A stretch of DNA of 64,000 nucleotides from Macrostomum lignano (lineage: Eukaryota): contig NIVC01000208.1 of the NCBI GenBank assembly GCA_002269645.1, forward strand, positions 372,001 through 436,000, given 5' to 3'. The notes beneath the pieces are model-generated. The model worked only from the letters and a program-made list of their open reading frames with translations, ran no database searches and was not told where the DNA came from. Positions 22,786 through 33,709 of this stretch are shown piece after piece. Numbering within the stretch: the stretch's first letter is position 1; every line of letters begins with the position of its first letter. The position numbers were made by a program, and so were the translations under genes.

Positions 22786-23631
22786 ATGGTAAATCCAACT
22801 CTTGGAATGATCATAACTGGTTGTGTTATACTGGTTATTGCAATCTGTTTCTACTGTTGCTTGAGACTGTGAGTGTTTTCATCAGTATCCCTAAATATTA
22901 CCTCATACTTAAAATAAATACAAAAAGCAAATGAAATACTTTGTAAGAGGTTGCCTTTCTCAGAAAACCAGGAATAGGAAATGGAAAAAACTAATCAGAC
23001 AAAGATTTTTTTACTTTTTTTAACTGTGAAAATGTACTTCAGAGGTAGTTGTGTCCTTTGCTTTATAAAATTTCTTTTACTTTTTCAGTCTTAAGAGGTC
23101 TGGAATACGTGAACTTGGCTATCACAAGGTATGTTGCTTTTCATTACCTCAGATCTATATAATTTATAATTTAATAGTTTCAGTTGCTCTTTCAAAAGAT
23201 GTGCATTTGAAAACTAGATTTAATCCAATCAATTTTCTTATTTCAGACGAAGTACGAGAGAAGCAAGAATATACTTAATGAGGTGAGACAGAGTGATTTC
23301 TGCCGCTTATCGTGTAGTCTTCAGACTATATTTAATTTATTTACAACCTCCAGGCCTGCCCAGTGTGCCTCGAAGATTTCATGGCAAAGGAATCTGTCTT
23401 AGTTTCGCTGTGCCATCACGCTTTTCATGATAGGTAAGAATAATACTTCAAAGCAATTTAGATTTTGATTTGTCTACTGATTTGACTATCAGTAGACAAA
23501 TTTGGCAATCGTGTTTTATCTGTTTTTTTAGTTGTCTTCTCCCCTGGCTACGAGAGAACAACAAGTGCCCGCTATGCAAAACTGGCATTGGGTTGGCTAC
23601 GGAACACACGCCCCTAACGTCAACCATTTGA
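22786..23631 (+). CDS. Small transmembrane RING-H2 E3 ligase, RNF24/RNF122-like, 112 aa. Exons: 22786-22868, 23089-23128, 23247-23282, 23354-23433, 23532-23631
   Basis: Phase-consistent GT-AG splicing gives MVNPTLGMIITGCVILVIAICFYCCLRLLKRSGIRELGYHKTKYERSKNILNEACPVCLEDFMAKESVLVSLCHHAFHDSCLLPWLRENNKCPLCKTGIGLATEHTPLTSTI. It has an N-terminal TM helix ending in CC and a complete C3H2C3 RING. An extra upstream exon is possible. Confidence 0.85.
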
Positions 23632-24064
23632 AACATCGTCATCTCCCCCATGTGCACGTAGAAATTCTGCATTTCTCTTCGAAAATTATAACCACATTTT
23701 ACAATTCCTACAGTGTAGCACTTTACGCAGGTATTTTTAAGCAAGGTGTGAGAAGTATTCGTGATTACGCAAAAAAATTACTGTTTAGAGATTTTACATG
23801 TAGATTCGACTCTGTTAGTTTTTTATTGGATTTTTATTAATTTATTTCGTTGTTTGTTCAATGGCCATTGTGCTATATCACTGCATTAACTGCATTTTAT
23901 AACAACAATTAAAGTAATCGATTGCAAGTATTTTACCTGTAACCTCATTTCTCGCTATTTGCAGTATTAAGGTCACTCTTTTCAATAGAATTACTTTATT
24001 ACTTGATTTTTACCTGTTTTTTTCTAATGGAATTTGCAGGATATATTTTTGATTGCAAGGAGGT

Positions 24065-25197
24065 TGCATATCCCCGACACTTCATGTCCCCGACACTTCA
24101 TATCTCCGACACCTCATATCCCCGACACTTCATGTCCCCGACACTTCATATCCCAACACTTCATATCCCCGACACTTCATATCCCCGACACTTCATATCC
24201 CCGACACTTCATGTCCCCGACACTTCATGTCCCCGACACTTCATATCCCAACACTTCATATCCCCGACACTTCATATCTCCGACACCTCATATCCCCGAC
24301 ACTTCATATCCCCGACACTTCATATCCCCGACACTTCATATCTCCGACACCTCATATCCCCGACACTTCATATCTCCGACACCTCATATCCCCGACACCT
24401 CATATCCCCGACACTTCATATCCCCGACACTTCATATCCCCGACACTTCATATCCCCGACACTTCATATCCCCGACACTTCATATCCCCGACACTTCATG
24501 TCCCCGACACTTCATATCCCCGACACTTCATATCTCCGACACTTCATATCCCCGACACTTCATATCCCCGACACTTCATATCCCCGACACTTCATGTCCC
24601 TGACACTTCATGTCCCGACACTTCATATCCCCGACACTTCATGTCCCGACACTTCATATCCCCGACACTTCATGTCCCGGACACCTCAAATCTCCGACAT
24701 CTCATATCCCAACACTTCATATCCCCGACACTTCATATCCCCGACACTTCATGTCCCGGACACTTCATATCTCCGACACCTCATATCCCCGACACTTCAT
24801 ATCCCCGACACTTCATGTCCCCGACACTTCATATCCCCGACACTTCATGTCCCCGACACTTCATATCCCCGACACTTCATGTCCCCGACACTTCATATCC
24901 CAACACTTCATATCCCCGACACTTCATATCCCCGACACTTCATATCCCCGACACTTCATATCCCAACACTTCATATCCCCGACACCTCATATCCCCGACA
25001 CTTCATATCTCCGACACTTCATGTCTCCGACACTTCATATCCCCGACACTTCATATCCCCGACACTTCATATCCCCGACACCTCATATCCCCGACACTTC
25101 ATGTCCCCGACACTTCATGTCTCCGACACTTCATATCCCCGACACTTCATATCCCCGACACTTCATGTCCTCGACACTTCATGTCCTCGACACTTCA
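24065..25197. repeat. 16-bp minisatellite CACTTCATATCCCCGA
   Basis: Directly visible. It produces spurious ORFs at 24003-25241. Confidence 0.93.
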
Positions 25198-25507
25198 TAA
25201 AAAATATCTTAACATTAGCACAGTATGACTACTATGTGTAATACATGTAATTATGTGTGTATCTTGTACTGTATTTGTACTGTATGTATTAATGCGGAAA
25301 TACAGAAATCTCCATGTTTTGTCTCTATTTCAATGTACGCTACACGTTTGCAGTGCCACACGCCAGCATTAGAAAGGTTGAGCTGTTTTCAATCTTATGC
25401 TGCACTCAAATTATTTGTTCCAATCTCCACAGCATACAGTATATAACTGCAGGTGTTAACCCGAAATTTCCTTACAAAACATCAAAATTTCACGTGTTGC
25501 TTTCTAC

Positions 25508-26536
25508 CATTTCATTTGAGTCAGTGCCATTCCGCTGGATTGGATGTCATTTCATTTGAGTCAGTGCCATTCCGCTGGATTGGATGTCATTTCATTTGAG
25601 TCAGTGCCATTCCGCTGGATTGGATGTCATTTCATTTGAGTCAGTGCCATTCCGCTGGATTGGATGTCATTTCATTTGAGTCAGGGCCATTCCGCTGGAT
25701 TGGATGTCATTTCATTTGAGTCAGGGCCATTCCGCTGGATTGGATGTCATTTCATTTGAGTCAGGGCCATTCCGCTGGATTGGATGTCATTTCATTTGAG
25801 TCAGTGCCATTCCGCTGGATTGGATGTCATTTCATTTGAGTCAGTGCCATTCCGCTGGATTGGATGTCATTTCATTTGAGTCAGTGCCATTCCGCTGGAT
25901 TGGATGTCATTTCATTTGAGTCAGGGCCATTCCGCTGGATTGGATGTCATTTCATTTGAGTCAGGGCCATTCCGCTGGATTGGATGTCATTTCATTTGAG
26001 TCAGTGCCATTCCGCTGGATTGGATGTCATTTCATTTGAGTCAGTGCCATTCCGCTGGATTGGATGTCATTTCATTTGAGTCAGTGCCATTCCGCTGGAT
26101 TGGATGTCATTTCATTTGAGTCAGTGCCATTCCGCTGGATTGGATGTCATTTCATTTGAGTCAGGGCCATTCCGCTGGATTGGATGTCATTTCATTTGAG
26201 TCAGTGCCATTCCGCTGGATTGGATGTCATTTCATTTGAGTCAGTGCCATTCCGCTGGATTGGATGTCATTTCATTTGAGTCAGTGCCATTCCGCTGGAT
26301 TGGATGTCATTTCATTTGAGTCAGTGCCATTCCGCTGGATTGGATGTCATTTCATTTGAGTCAGGGCCATTCCGCTGGATTGGATGTCATTTCATTTGAG
26401 TCAGTGCCATTCCGCTGGATTGGATGTCATTTCATTTGAGTCAGTGCCATTCCGCTGGATTGGATGTCATTTCATTTGAGTCAGTGCCATTCCGCTGGAT
26501 TGGATGTCATTTCATTTGAGTCAGGGCCATTCCGCT
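25508..26536. repeat. Highly homogeneous 40-bp tandem array, 26 units
   Basis: Unit is ATTTCATTTGAGTCAG(T/G)GCCATTCCGCTGGATTGGATGTC, with only one variable position. Confidence 0.95.
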
Positions 26537-26828
26537 TGATGTGCATGTACATCATGAGCCTTGTTTTAAAACTTTGCTACACATGTACATTAAATGTTTT
26601 AATATTTAAGAAGTTAACTTTCGAAGATGAATAGCTGGTCGCGGTTTGTATATTATTTGCTTATTATTATTATTTATTATTTTTAATGAATAAAAAATAT
26701 GCCTTGTGTATTCAGTAGAGACTTTTGAATCGATTTTATTGAGAATTTTTTGCAAGATTTTGCGTTTTCTTCTACTCGTAACTTAACAAATTAAATAATC
26801 CAATTGGTAAAAATCCAGCTACAAGCTA

Positions 26829-28125
26829 CGAGGGCTGAGCAATAAGTTTCCGGATATGCCCAGACAGAAATAGTTAGAGAAAAAAACAGTTACATCTTTT
26901 CAAAGTACTCTTCAGCAGATTCGATGCAAATTTTCATGCGCTTAAATCACTTGCTGAAGCAGCTGGACCAATCTGAAGCAGGCACCTCCTCCACATGCCG
27001 GGTGAAGGCCTCCACTGCAGCTTTGGTGATCCATAGCGGATTCCACGCATCCTGCACTTGATTTGTGGAAGCACAAAAAAGTCGCAGGGGGCCAGGTCGG
27101 GGCTGTAGGGTGGATGACCGAGCTCTTGAATGCGCTCTCCGGCCAGGAACTACGCCACCTGTCGAGCCTTGTGGGCCGGGGCGTTGTGATGAAGAAGGAT
27201 GCCCCGAGCTCGAGTCCTTGGGCGACGCCTGGAGAGAGCGCTCAGCACTTCTGGCAGGCAAACGTTGGCGTACCAGTTACCGGTGACTGTGCGCTGCTGC
27301 ATGAGTCGAACCGTGGCCAGATGACCGGTTTTCGCCACAAAAACGGCCACCATCTGCTTCGCCACACTGCGCTCTCGCTGAAGCTTGGATGGTGGGGTGC
27401 CGCCAACTGGAGTCCGCTGGGCCGACTGCTGCTTAGTCTCCGGGTCGAAACTATAGATCCAGGACTTTTCACCACTGACGATATCCCAGACCGAGTTTGA
27501 GCTGCCTCCGTTGAATCTGTCAAGCATGGTGTGGAACCAGGTCACCCGAGCCTCCTGCTCCAGAGTCAGCTGATGAGGCATCCAGCGTGCAGAAATCTTG
27601 CTCAGGTTGAGCTGTGAATGCAGGATCGTCCTGATGGATCCTGATGAGATGCCCACCTCTGCCTCTATCTGGGCCACAGTCACTCGGGCATCATCCTCAA
27701 CCATGGCCCGGACAGCAGCAACATTATCCTCGGTCGTTGCGGAGACAGACCGGCCGCTGCGCTCCTCATCATCCAGACTCTGCCTGCCGCGTCGAAATTC
27801 AACAAACCAGTCAAAAACGGTGGATCTAGAAGGTGCTTCATCCCCAAAAGCTCGCAATCGCTCAAGACTTTCTTGCTGCCGCAAACCACTTTTAAAATCG
27901 TAATAGATCATTGCTCTAAAATGACTCCTATTGAGCTCCATTGTGAATTTGATAGATAGGGTGGGTATGCTAGCTTGGTTTGGGTGCTGCACTTGCTATA
28001 TAGGACCAGTGTGTCTGAAACTTTACAAACATTGTACTTATATATTGTACTTGACACCTATGGTGTCAGATTTTGTCAGCCGCCTCTCAACTATGCACAT
28101 CCGGAAACTTATTGCTCAGCCCTCG
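26829..28125 (-). mobile_element. Mariner transposon, full length (1297 bp) but transposase decayed
   Basis: 27-bp perfect TIRs CGAGGGCTGAGCAATAAGTTTCCGGAT with TA flanks at 26827-26828 and 28126-28127. ORF 27150..27992 (MELNRSHFRAMIYYDF, WMPHQL) has lost catalytic Asp residues (SGEKSW, LHHNA) and is frameshifted. Confidence 0.92.
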
Positions 28126-28411
28126 TACGTTGATTGTGTAACGGTTTTCTTCATTTTAAGCGGATTTAAAGCGGAAATCAGTGCTGAAGACATCGCACGG
28201 ATATTGGCATCACGTCTTACTCTTGTAACTCGCGCTCTTGCTCTTCTGTTGATAAAGCCAGAGACTATTTGGTCTGGCAGATTGCTCAAGTTCAGCATTC
28301 TCTCAGACGTACATGTAGTAGAGCAAATCAGAGTACAGGCAATTAAGAAAACCCTCTATCGTCCGTCCCCAGATTAAAGTGAATAAATGCTACCTGAGAT
28401 TTAGTCTATGG

Positions 28412-28690
28412 CAGGCGCGTCGCCACCAGGGGGGACGTCCCCCTTCCAGTAAAAGCTATGGGGAGACATGCCGATGCTTGTACCCCCACCCACCCAACGT
28501 TGTGACTCGTTATGGAAATCAATAATTTTGCTTCAGGGCAACAAAATATACGCCCTGCAGTGCCAAAATGAGTGCCTGCGGTGCTAAAATGAGTGTTGAC
28601 AACACCGATTCGAAAAATAATGTACATAAATATGCAGTAGAAATCTTAGCTCTATCCCTCCCTACCATAAAATCAATAGTGACGCCCCTG
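28412..28690. mobile_element. hAT-type MITE, 279 bp
   Basis: Ends CAGGCGCGTCGC / GTGACGCCCCTG with an 8-bp TSD GTCTATGG/GTCTACGG. The paralogous duplicated segment shows the empty site (GTCTATGG at ~31630). Confidence 0.8.
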
Positions 28691-29151
28691 GTCTACGGCT
28701 CATTAATCCTCTACCCATCAAGCGCATCGGGAAAGAGCTACTAAACAATAGACATGAGTACGAAGACACTGAGACCCATCCGGTTGCAAAGCAGGGATCA
28801 GAGCCTCTTCCCAATATGACTAAACCTACATGCAGTGCTGTTGCTATAGAACTGAAACACTAATCTGCTCAATTCCAACAAAACATCTTTCTTTAAAATG
28901 AAGCCCGCAAATTTCTGCATTATCTATGAATGCATGTCTAGCCAACAAGTGAGACTAACTAATAAAAATTCAACCATATAGACAAAACTAAATTAGCCGG
29001 CAATACGATTATCACACACGCTGACCTAAGTAGCGTCCGTGGCAAGGATAAAGTCAAGTTTATTTGATTTATATTCAAGCATTTAACAGAAGCAAACAAA
29101 CAGGAATCTGCCTATTGTTGCCCGAAATTGTTACATCGATCGATCTAAGCA

Positions 29152-29565
29152 TTATGATTGATTGATTGATTTCTGCAGCTGTTTGCGAATCGCGCCGCGT
29201 AGAAAGTTGAACATTGGAATGTAAGACCGACGGCTCACATAAGTTGCCACTGCACCTGTGGGAGAGAGAAAATGATAACAAAATTATACAAGATGACTAA
29301 ATTCGGATATAGGCTCAAAGCGTAGAGTCCAACGGTAAAAACCCATGCACTCACCTTTCTTACTTCGGCTGCCGAATTGCAGAATTTTGCTGGGTGCTTC
29401 GCTGTTCTGCTGACTCGTCAGCTGTGGCATCGAAGCGGCCCTCAGGAACTGGTTGGTCAGCCGACTGGCCACCTGGTCGATGGCAGCGTTCGGCATCGGC
29501 CGACCACCGGCCACACCGATGGCCACTGCAGCCAAGCAGACGAGGGCGACAATCCTGTGATGCAT
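29152..29565 (-). CDS. Unrecognised secreted peptide precursor, copy 1, 104 aa. Exons: 29565-29355, 29255-29152
   Basis: Signal peptide MHHRIVALVCLAAVAIGVAG, donor G|GTGAGT, acceptor TCTCTCCCACAG, second exon GAVATYVSRRSYIPMFNFLRGAIRKQLQKSINQS*. A TATA box lies upstream and AATAAA downstream (~29060-29065). Confidence 0.72.
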
Positions 29566-29678
29566 CTTGGGGCAAAACAAATTCTAAAGTCAGGAATGAG
29601 CTGTATATTTGTCTGCGCCGGAACAACTTTGCAGTGGCTGTCTGAAAGTTACCTGGGTGCTGTAGCTGGCGGTCTTGC

Positions 29679-29685
29679 TTATATA
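29679..29685 (-). promoter_or_regulatory. TATA box (TATATAA) of peptide-precursor copy 1
   Basis: About 115 nt upstream of the ATG with no intervening ATG. Conserved at 32499-32505 in copy 2. Confidence 0.55.
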
Positions 29686-30280
29686 GACGAATTGGAATTG
29701 GAATCAATCGGTTGCTCTGAGAGTGGCCGGTGACATCTCTGTTAGTTTTCCTCTGGAAAAAAATAGCTCAATTTTGTTGACTCCTCCGCCGCTTTACGTC
29801 AAAGCTGCATGGGTAATAATTGGAAAATAAACGGAAATGGTCGTTTTTGGCCAGTTATAATAATTTGAAAACTACTGTCGCACCGCTTCTTCCAATGTAT
29901 TTTGTTTATTCAATTTTTCTCAGCGGGTGAGACTTTAATTGTTTCAGCATTCACCGATCGTCAACACATTTTTCGGCAGCTGGCAAATTAAGACTTCTTG
30001 TGAGTCACCGAAAGTTACGGGGAAAACAGAGAGGTAGCTACCGAAGAGAGCTTAGAGAGATGTCGGTAGTTCCGGACCGTGTTCGGAGGCTGACAGACTC
30101 GCTCGACTTCTGAGCACCGCGTGCACTTCGAGCGAGTCCCCAACGCAGCACTTTATCACCGCGTCTTTAGGCTGGCCCTGGAATCCCGGGGCACACACGA
30201 GCGAATTACCCGCTAGCCATCATGTACCTGGTCTCCCATCGGACTGCCACCCCGTACCTCCTGGGACACTCCCACTCAGT

Positions 30281-30499
30281 TGCGGAAGCCTTGCGGAAGC
30301 CTTGCGGAAGCCTTGCGGAAGCCTTGCAGAAGCCTTGCGGAAGCCTTGCGGAAGCCTTGCAGAAGCCTTGCGGAAGCCTTGCGGAAGCCTTGCGGAAGCC
30401 TTGCGGAAGCCTTGCGGAAGCCTTGCGGAAGCCTTGCAGAAGCCTTGCGGAAGCCTTGCGGAAGCCTTGCGGAAGCCTTGCGGAAGCCTTGCGGAAGCT
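30281..30499. repeat. 11-bp minisatellite TTGC(G/A)GAAGCC
   Basis: Directly visible. Confidence 0.92.
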
Positions 30500-30965
30500 T
30501 TCGGCGCTATCTGGGGCCTCACCCCCCGCCGCCTCTGGTCGGATTACACTGCCATTGTGAGACCTGCCATCTCATTTGCCGGCTTTATTTGGAACAGCTA
30601 GTGCTTTAGAGGTGAAAGGGGTTCTTGAAGCTCTTAACAGGGTGCAAGGCCGCGCTTGTCAAGCTATCCTGAATGCCTTTACTCAGGACAGGCTAGCACA
30701 TCTATCTCAGCCAAAACCCGGACCTCTCCGACGTTTTCAGGCCCGAGAATCTCTGCCAGCTCGTCCGCTACCTACGGGTTTACCGGGCAAGCGACCCTCC
30801 ACCTCCTGGACTCGCGCTGTGGACACAGGCACCACCGGATCTCCCTGCGCGACACTCAGCACCAGCTGCCCGTGGTCGCCAGAGGTTAGCGAAATGGGCG
30901 ACAACGCCTTTTCGCTGCATCCGGATGCACGGAGCCCCCTGCAGCTACATGTAAGTCAAGTCAGG
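30500..30965 (+). mobile_element. Decayed non-LTR retrotransposon fragment (R1/LOA-like, C-terminal to the RT domain)
   Basis: Translates in shifting frames to IWGLTPRRLWSDYTAIVRPAISFAGFIW and LNRVQGRACQAILNAF, resembling the WGLxP..WLYTAIVRPxxxY / RVQRxA motifs of this clade. Confidence 0.6.
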
Positions 30966-31045
30966 TAAGAGGTGAAACATCAAATACACCGCTTATTGGG
31001 TAGTCTTTAAATTATATGCAATTTACATGTATTTACAACTTCCAG

Positions 31046-31128
31046 GACCTCCCAGCAGTGTGCCTCGAAGATTTCGTGACAAAGGAATCTGCCTTAGTTT
31101 CGCTGTGCCATCACGCTTTTTATGATAG
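31046..31128 (+). pseudogene. Duplicated, degenerate copy of RING exon 4 of the RNF24/122-like gene
   Basis: DLPAVCLEDFVTKESALVSLCHHAFYD versus ACPVCLEDFMAKESVLVSLCHHAFHD. Two zinc ligands are lost. Flanking intron sequences are homologous, and the other exons are absent. Confidence 0.8.
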
Positions 31129-31975
31129 GTAATAATGATACTTTAAAGCAGTTTAGATTTTGCAGTATCGGGATTTTTCGCCTGAATTTGTTCAGCAGCC
31201 TACTATCAGTAGACAAAATTCCTTGTCTTGTTTTATCTGTTTTTTAGGCAGATTTTGTCTGCATTGCCTCCCCAATGCTTAGTAAGTCTTAATAAAGAGA
31301 TTTACCCCATCAAAACGTTTTGATAGTAACTGCATATCAAATGCTTTTTTGGGGGGGGGGTCAATTGCAGACAGAATCCAGCTGTCAAATGTGCTGCAGG
31401 AAAAAGTATTACAGCCAAATCTCGGCGGTAAAAAACGGCGGGCAATTCGCGTAGCTCGTGTAGCTCTTACTCTTGCTCTTCTGTTGGAGACTATTTGAGC
31501 AGGCAGATTGCTCAAGTTCAGCATTCTCTCAGACGTATACATGTAGTAGAGCAGATCAGAGTGCAGGTAAAAAACTCTGTATCGTCCCTCCCTAGAATAA
31601 AGTGAGTGAGTGTCACCTCCTGAAATTTAGTCTATGGCGCAACTCTAACCATCAAGCGCATCGGAAACAGCTACACTAACCATAGACATATCTGCTCAAC
31701 TCCAACACCCGGGCTTTCTTTAACATGTGCAGCCCGCAAATTTCTGCATTTATCTATGAATGCATGTCTAGCCAACAAGTGAGACGAACTAATGAAAATT
31801 CAACCATATTGACAAAACTAAATTAGCCTGCAATACGATTATTACACACGCTGACCTAAGTAGCGTCCGTGGCAAGGATAAAGTCAAGTTTATTTGATTT
31901 ATTCAAGCATTTAACAGAAGCAAACAAACAGGAATCTCCCTATTGTTGCCCGAAATTGTTACATCGATCTAAGCA

Positions 31976-32385
31976 TTATGATTGATTGATTGATTTCTGC
32001 AGCTGTTTGCGAATCGCGCCGCGTAGAAAGTTGAACATTGGAATGTAAGACCGACGGCTCACATAAGTTGCCACTGCACCTGTGGGAGAGAGAAAATGAT
32101 AACCAAATTATACAAGATGACTAAATTCGGATATAGGCTCAAAGCGTAGAGTCCAACTGTAAAAACCATGCACTCACCTTTCTTACTTCGGCTGCCGAAT
32201 TGCAGAATTTTGCTGGGTGCTTCGCTGTTCTGACTCGTCAGCTGTGGCATCGAAGCGGCCCTCAGGAACTGGTTGGTCAGCCGACTGGCCACCTGGTCGA
32301 TGGCAGCGTTCGGCATCGGCCGACCACCGGCCACACCGATGGCCACTGCAGCCAAGCAGGCGAGGGCGACAATCCTGTGATGCAT
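31976..32385 (-). CDS. Unrecognised secreted peptide precursor, copy 2, 103 aa. Exons: 32385-32178, 32079-31976
   Basis: Near-identical to copy 1 (V9A and a one-Gln deletion). Splice sites, TATA box and stop are retained. Confidence 0.72.
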
Positions 32386-33484
32386 CTTGGGGCAAAACAA
32401 ATTCTAAAGTCAGGAATGAGCTGTATATTTGTCTGCGCCGGAAAAACTTTGCAGTGGCTGTCTGAAAGTTACCTGGGTGCTGTAGCTGGCGGTCTTGCTT
32501 ATATAGACGAATTGGAATTGGAATCGGTCGGTTGCTCCGAGAGTGGCCGGCGACATCCCTATTGAGTTTTCTTCTGCAGAAAAATAGCTCAATTTTGTTG
32601 ACTCCTCCGCCGCTTACGTCAAAGCTGTGTATAATAATTGGCAAATAATCGGAAATGGTCGTTTTTGGCTGCGCCAATTATAATAATTTGAAAACTACTG
32701 TCGCACCGCCTCTTCTAATGTATTTTGTTTATTCTATTTTTCTCAGCCGGTGAGACTTAATTGTTTCAGCATTTACCGATCGTCAACACACTTTTTTCGG
32801 CAGCTGGCAAATTAAGACTTCTTGTGAGTCACCGAAAGTTACGGGGAAAATATAGATCAGGTAGCTGCCGGAGAGAGATGCTTAGAGATACGGCTGTAGT
32901 GCCAGGCCGTGTGGTCGCGGAGGCTGCACAGCCCTGCTCGACTCCTGCTCGCCGCGTACCCGACCGGCGCCGAGCGAGTCTCCGGCCTAGCTGGTCCATC
33001 GCAGGCATCTGTTGCGCCGTCGGCGACAGCTACAGCTGGCAGGCCACGCACTGAGCGTTTCGTCGACGCCTCTCGTACTCCTTTAAGCCTCATAAGATCA
33101 TTAGTTCATTAACAAATCTGACCAACTGGCTGTTGTTAGCAGTGATTTATGGTTTCACAACCTTAAGCAGTATCATGAATCCTTCCAGATACATCTTACA
33201 GAGAGCTAGGGTTCCCGGCTAAAAACGCCACCTACACATGTATTATGCGCAATTGATCATTTTCCGAGATGTTTTATCTTAGAACAGATACGAGCGTAGA
33301 GTCTTTAATTGACATCAAATCCTCATTTTATCCCCTGGAATCGCAGAGAGCTGAGCGGTCATCAATTTCAGTTGGTTTGGTTTCATGCTAGACCTTTACA
33401 TGTACATGTACGTTGACGTACGCCCTTTCACTTTGGGTTAAATACACAGGTAGCATTATTAACAACTATAAATGCACTACCGAG

Positions 33485-33709
33485 GGGGGGGGGGTTCACA
33501 AACTCGAAATTTAAAACGTCGAAAGCACCCGGCCTCCTTCACAAGGTCGAAATTTCACAACATCAAAAACTTTAGCAAGAGACTTCATAAGGTCGAAATT
33601 TCACAAGGTCAAAACTCATATAGCAGCCACTTTCACAAGTTTGAGTTTCGATGTTATGAAATAATTTACTTTTCGACGTTGTGAAGTTTCGACCTTGTGA
33701 AAGCACCCC
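33485..33709. mobile_element. MITE with G-rich TIRs and subterminal TTCACAAGGTCGAAA repeats
   Basis: Imperfect TIRs GGGGGGGGTTCACAA / TTGTGAAAGCACCCC, flanked by the direct repeat CTACCGAG (33477-33484, 33710-33717). Confidence 0.6.

Noticed and set aside
25508-26536. CRISPR-like regular array
   Set aside because: The units are contiguous with no unique spacers, there are no cas genes, and the context is eukaryotic.
28068-28090. Similarity to 31249-31270 as part of the segmental duplication
   Set aside because: It lies inside the mariner's 5' end, so the short match is probably coincidental.
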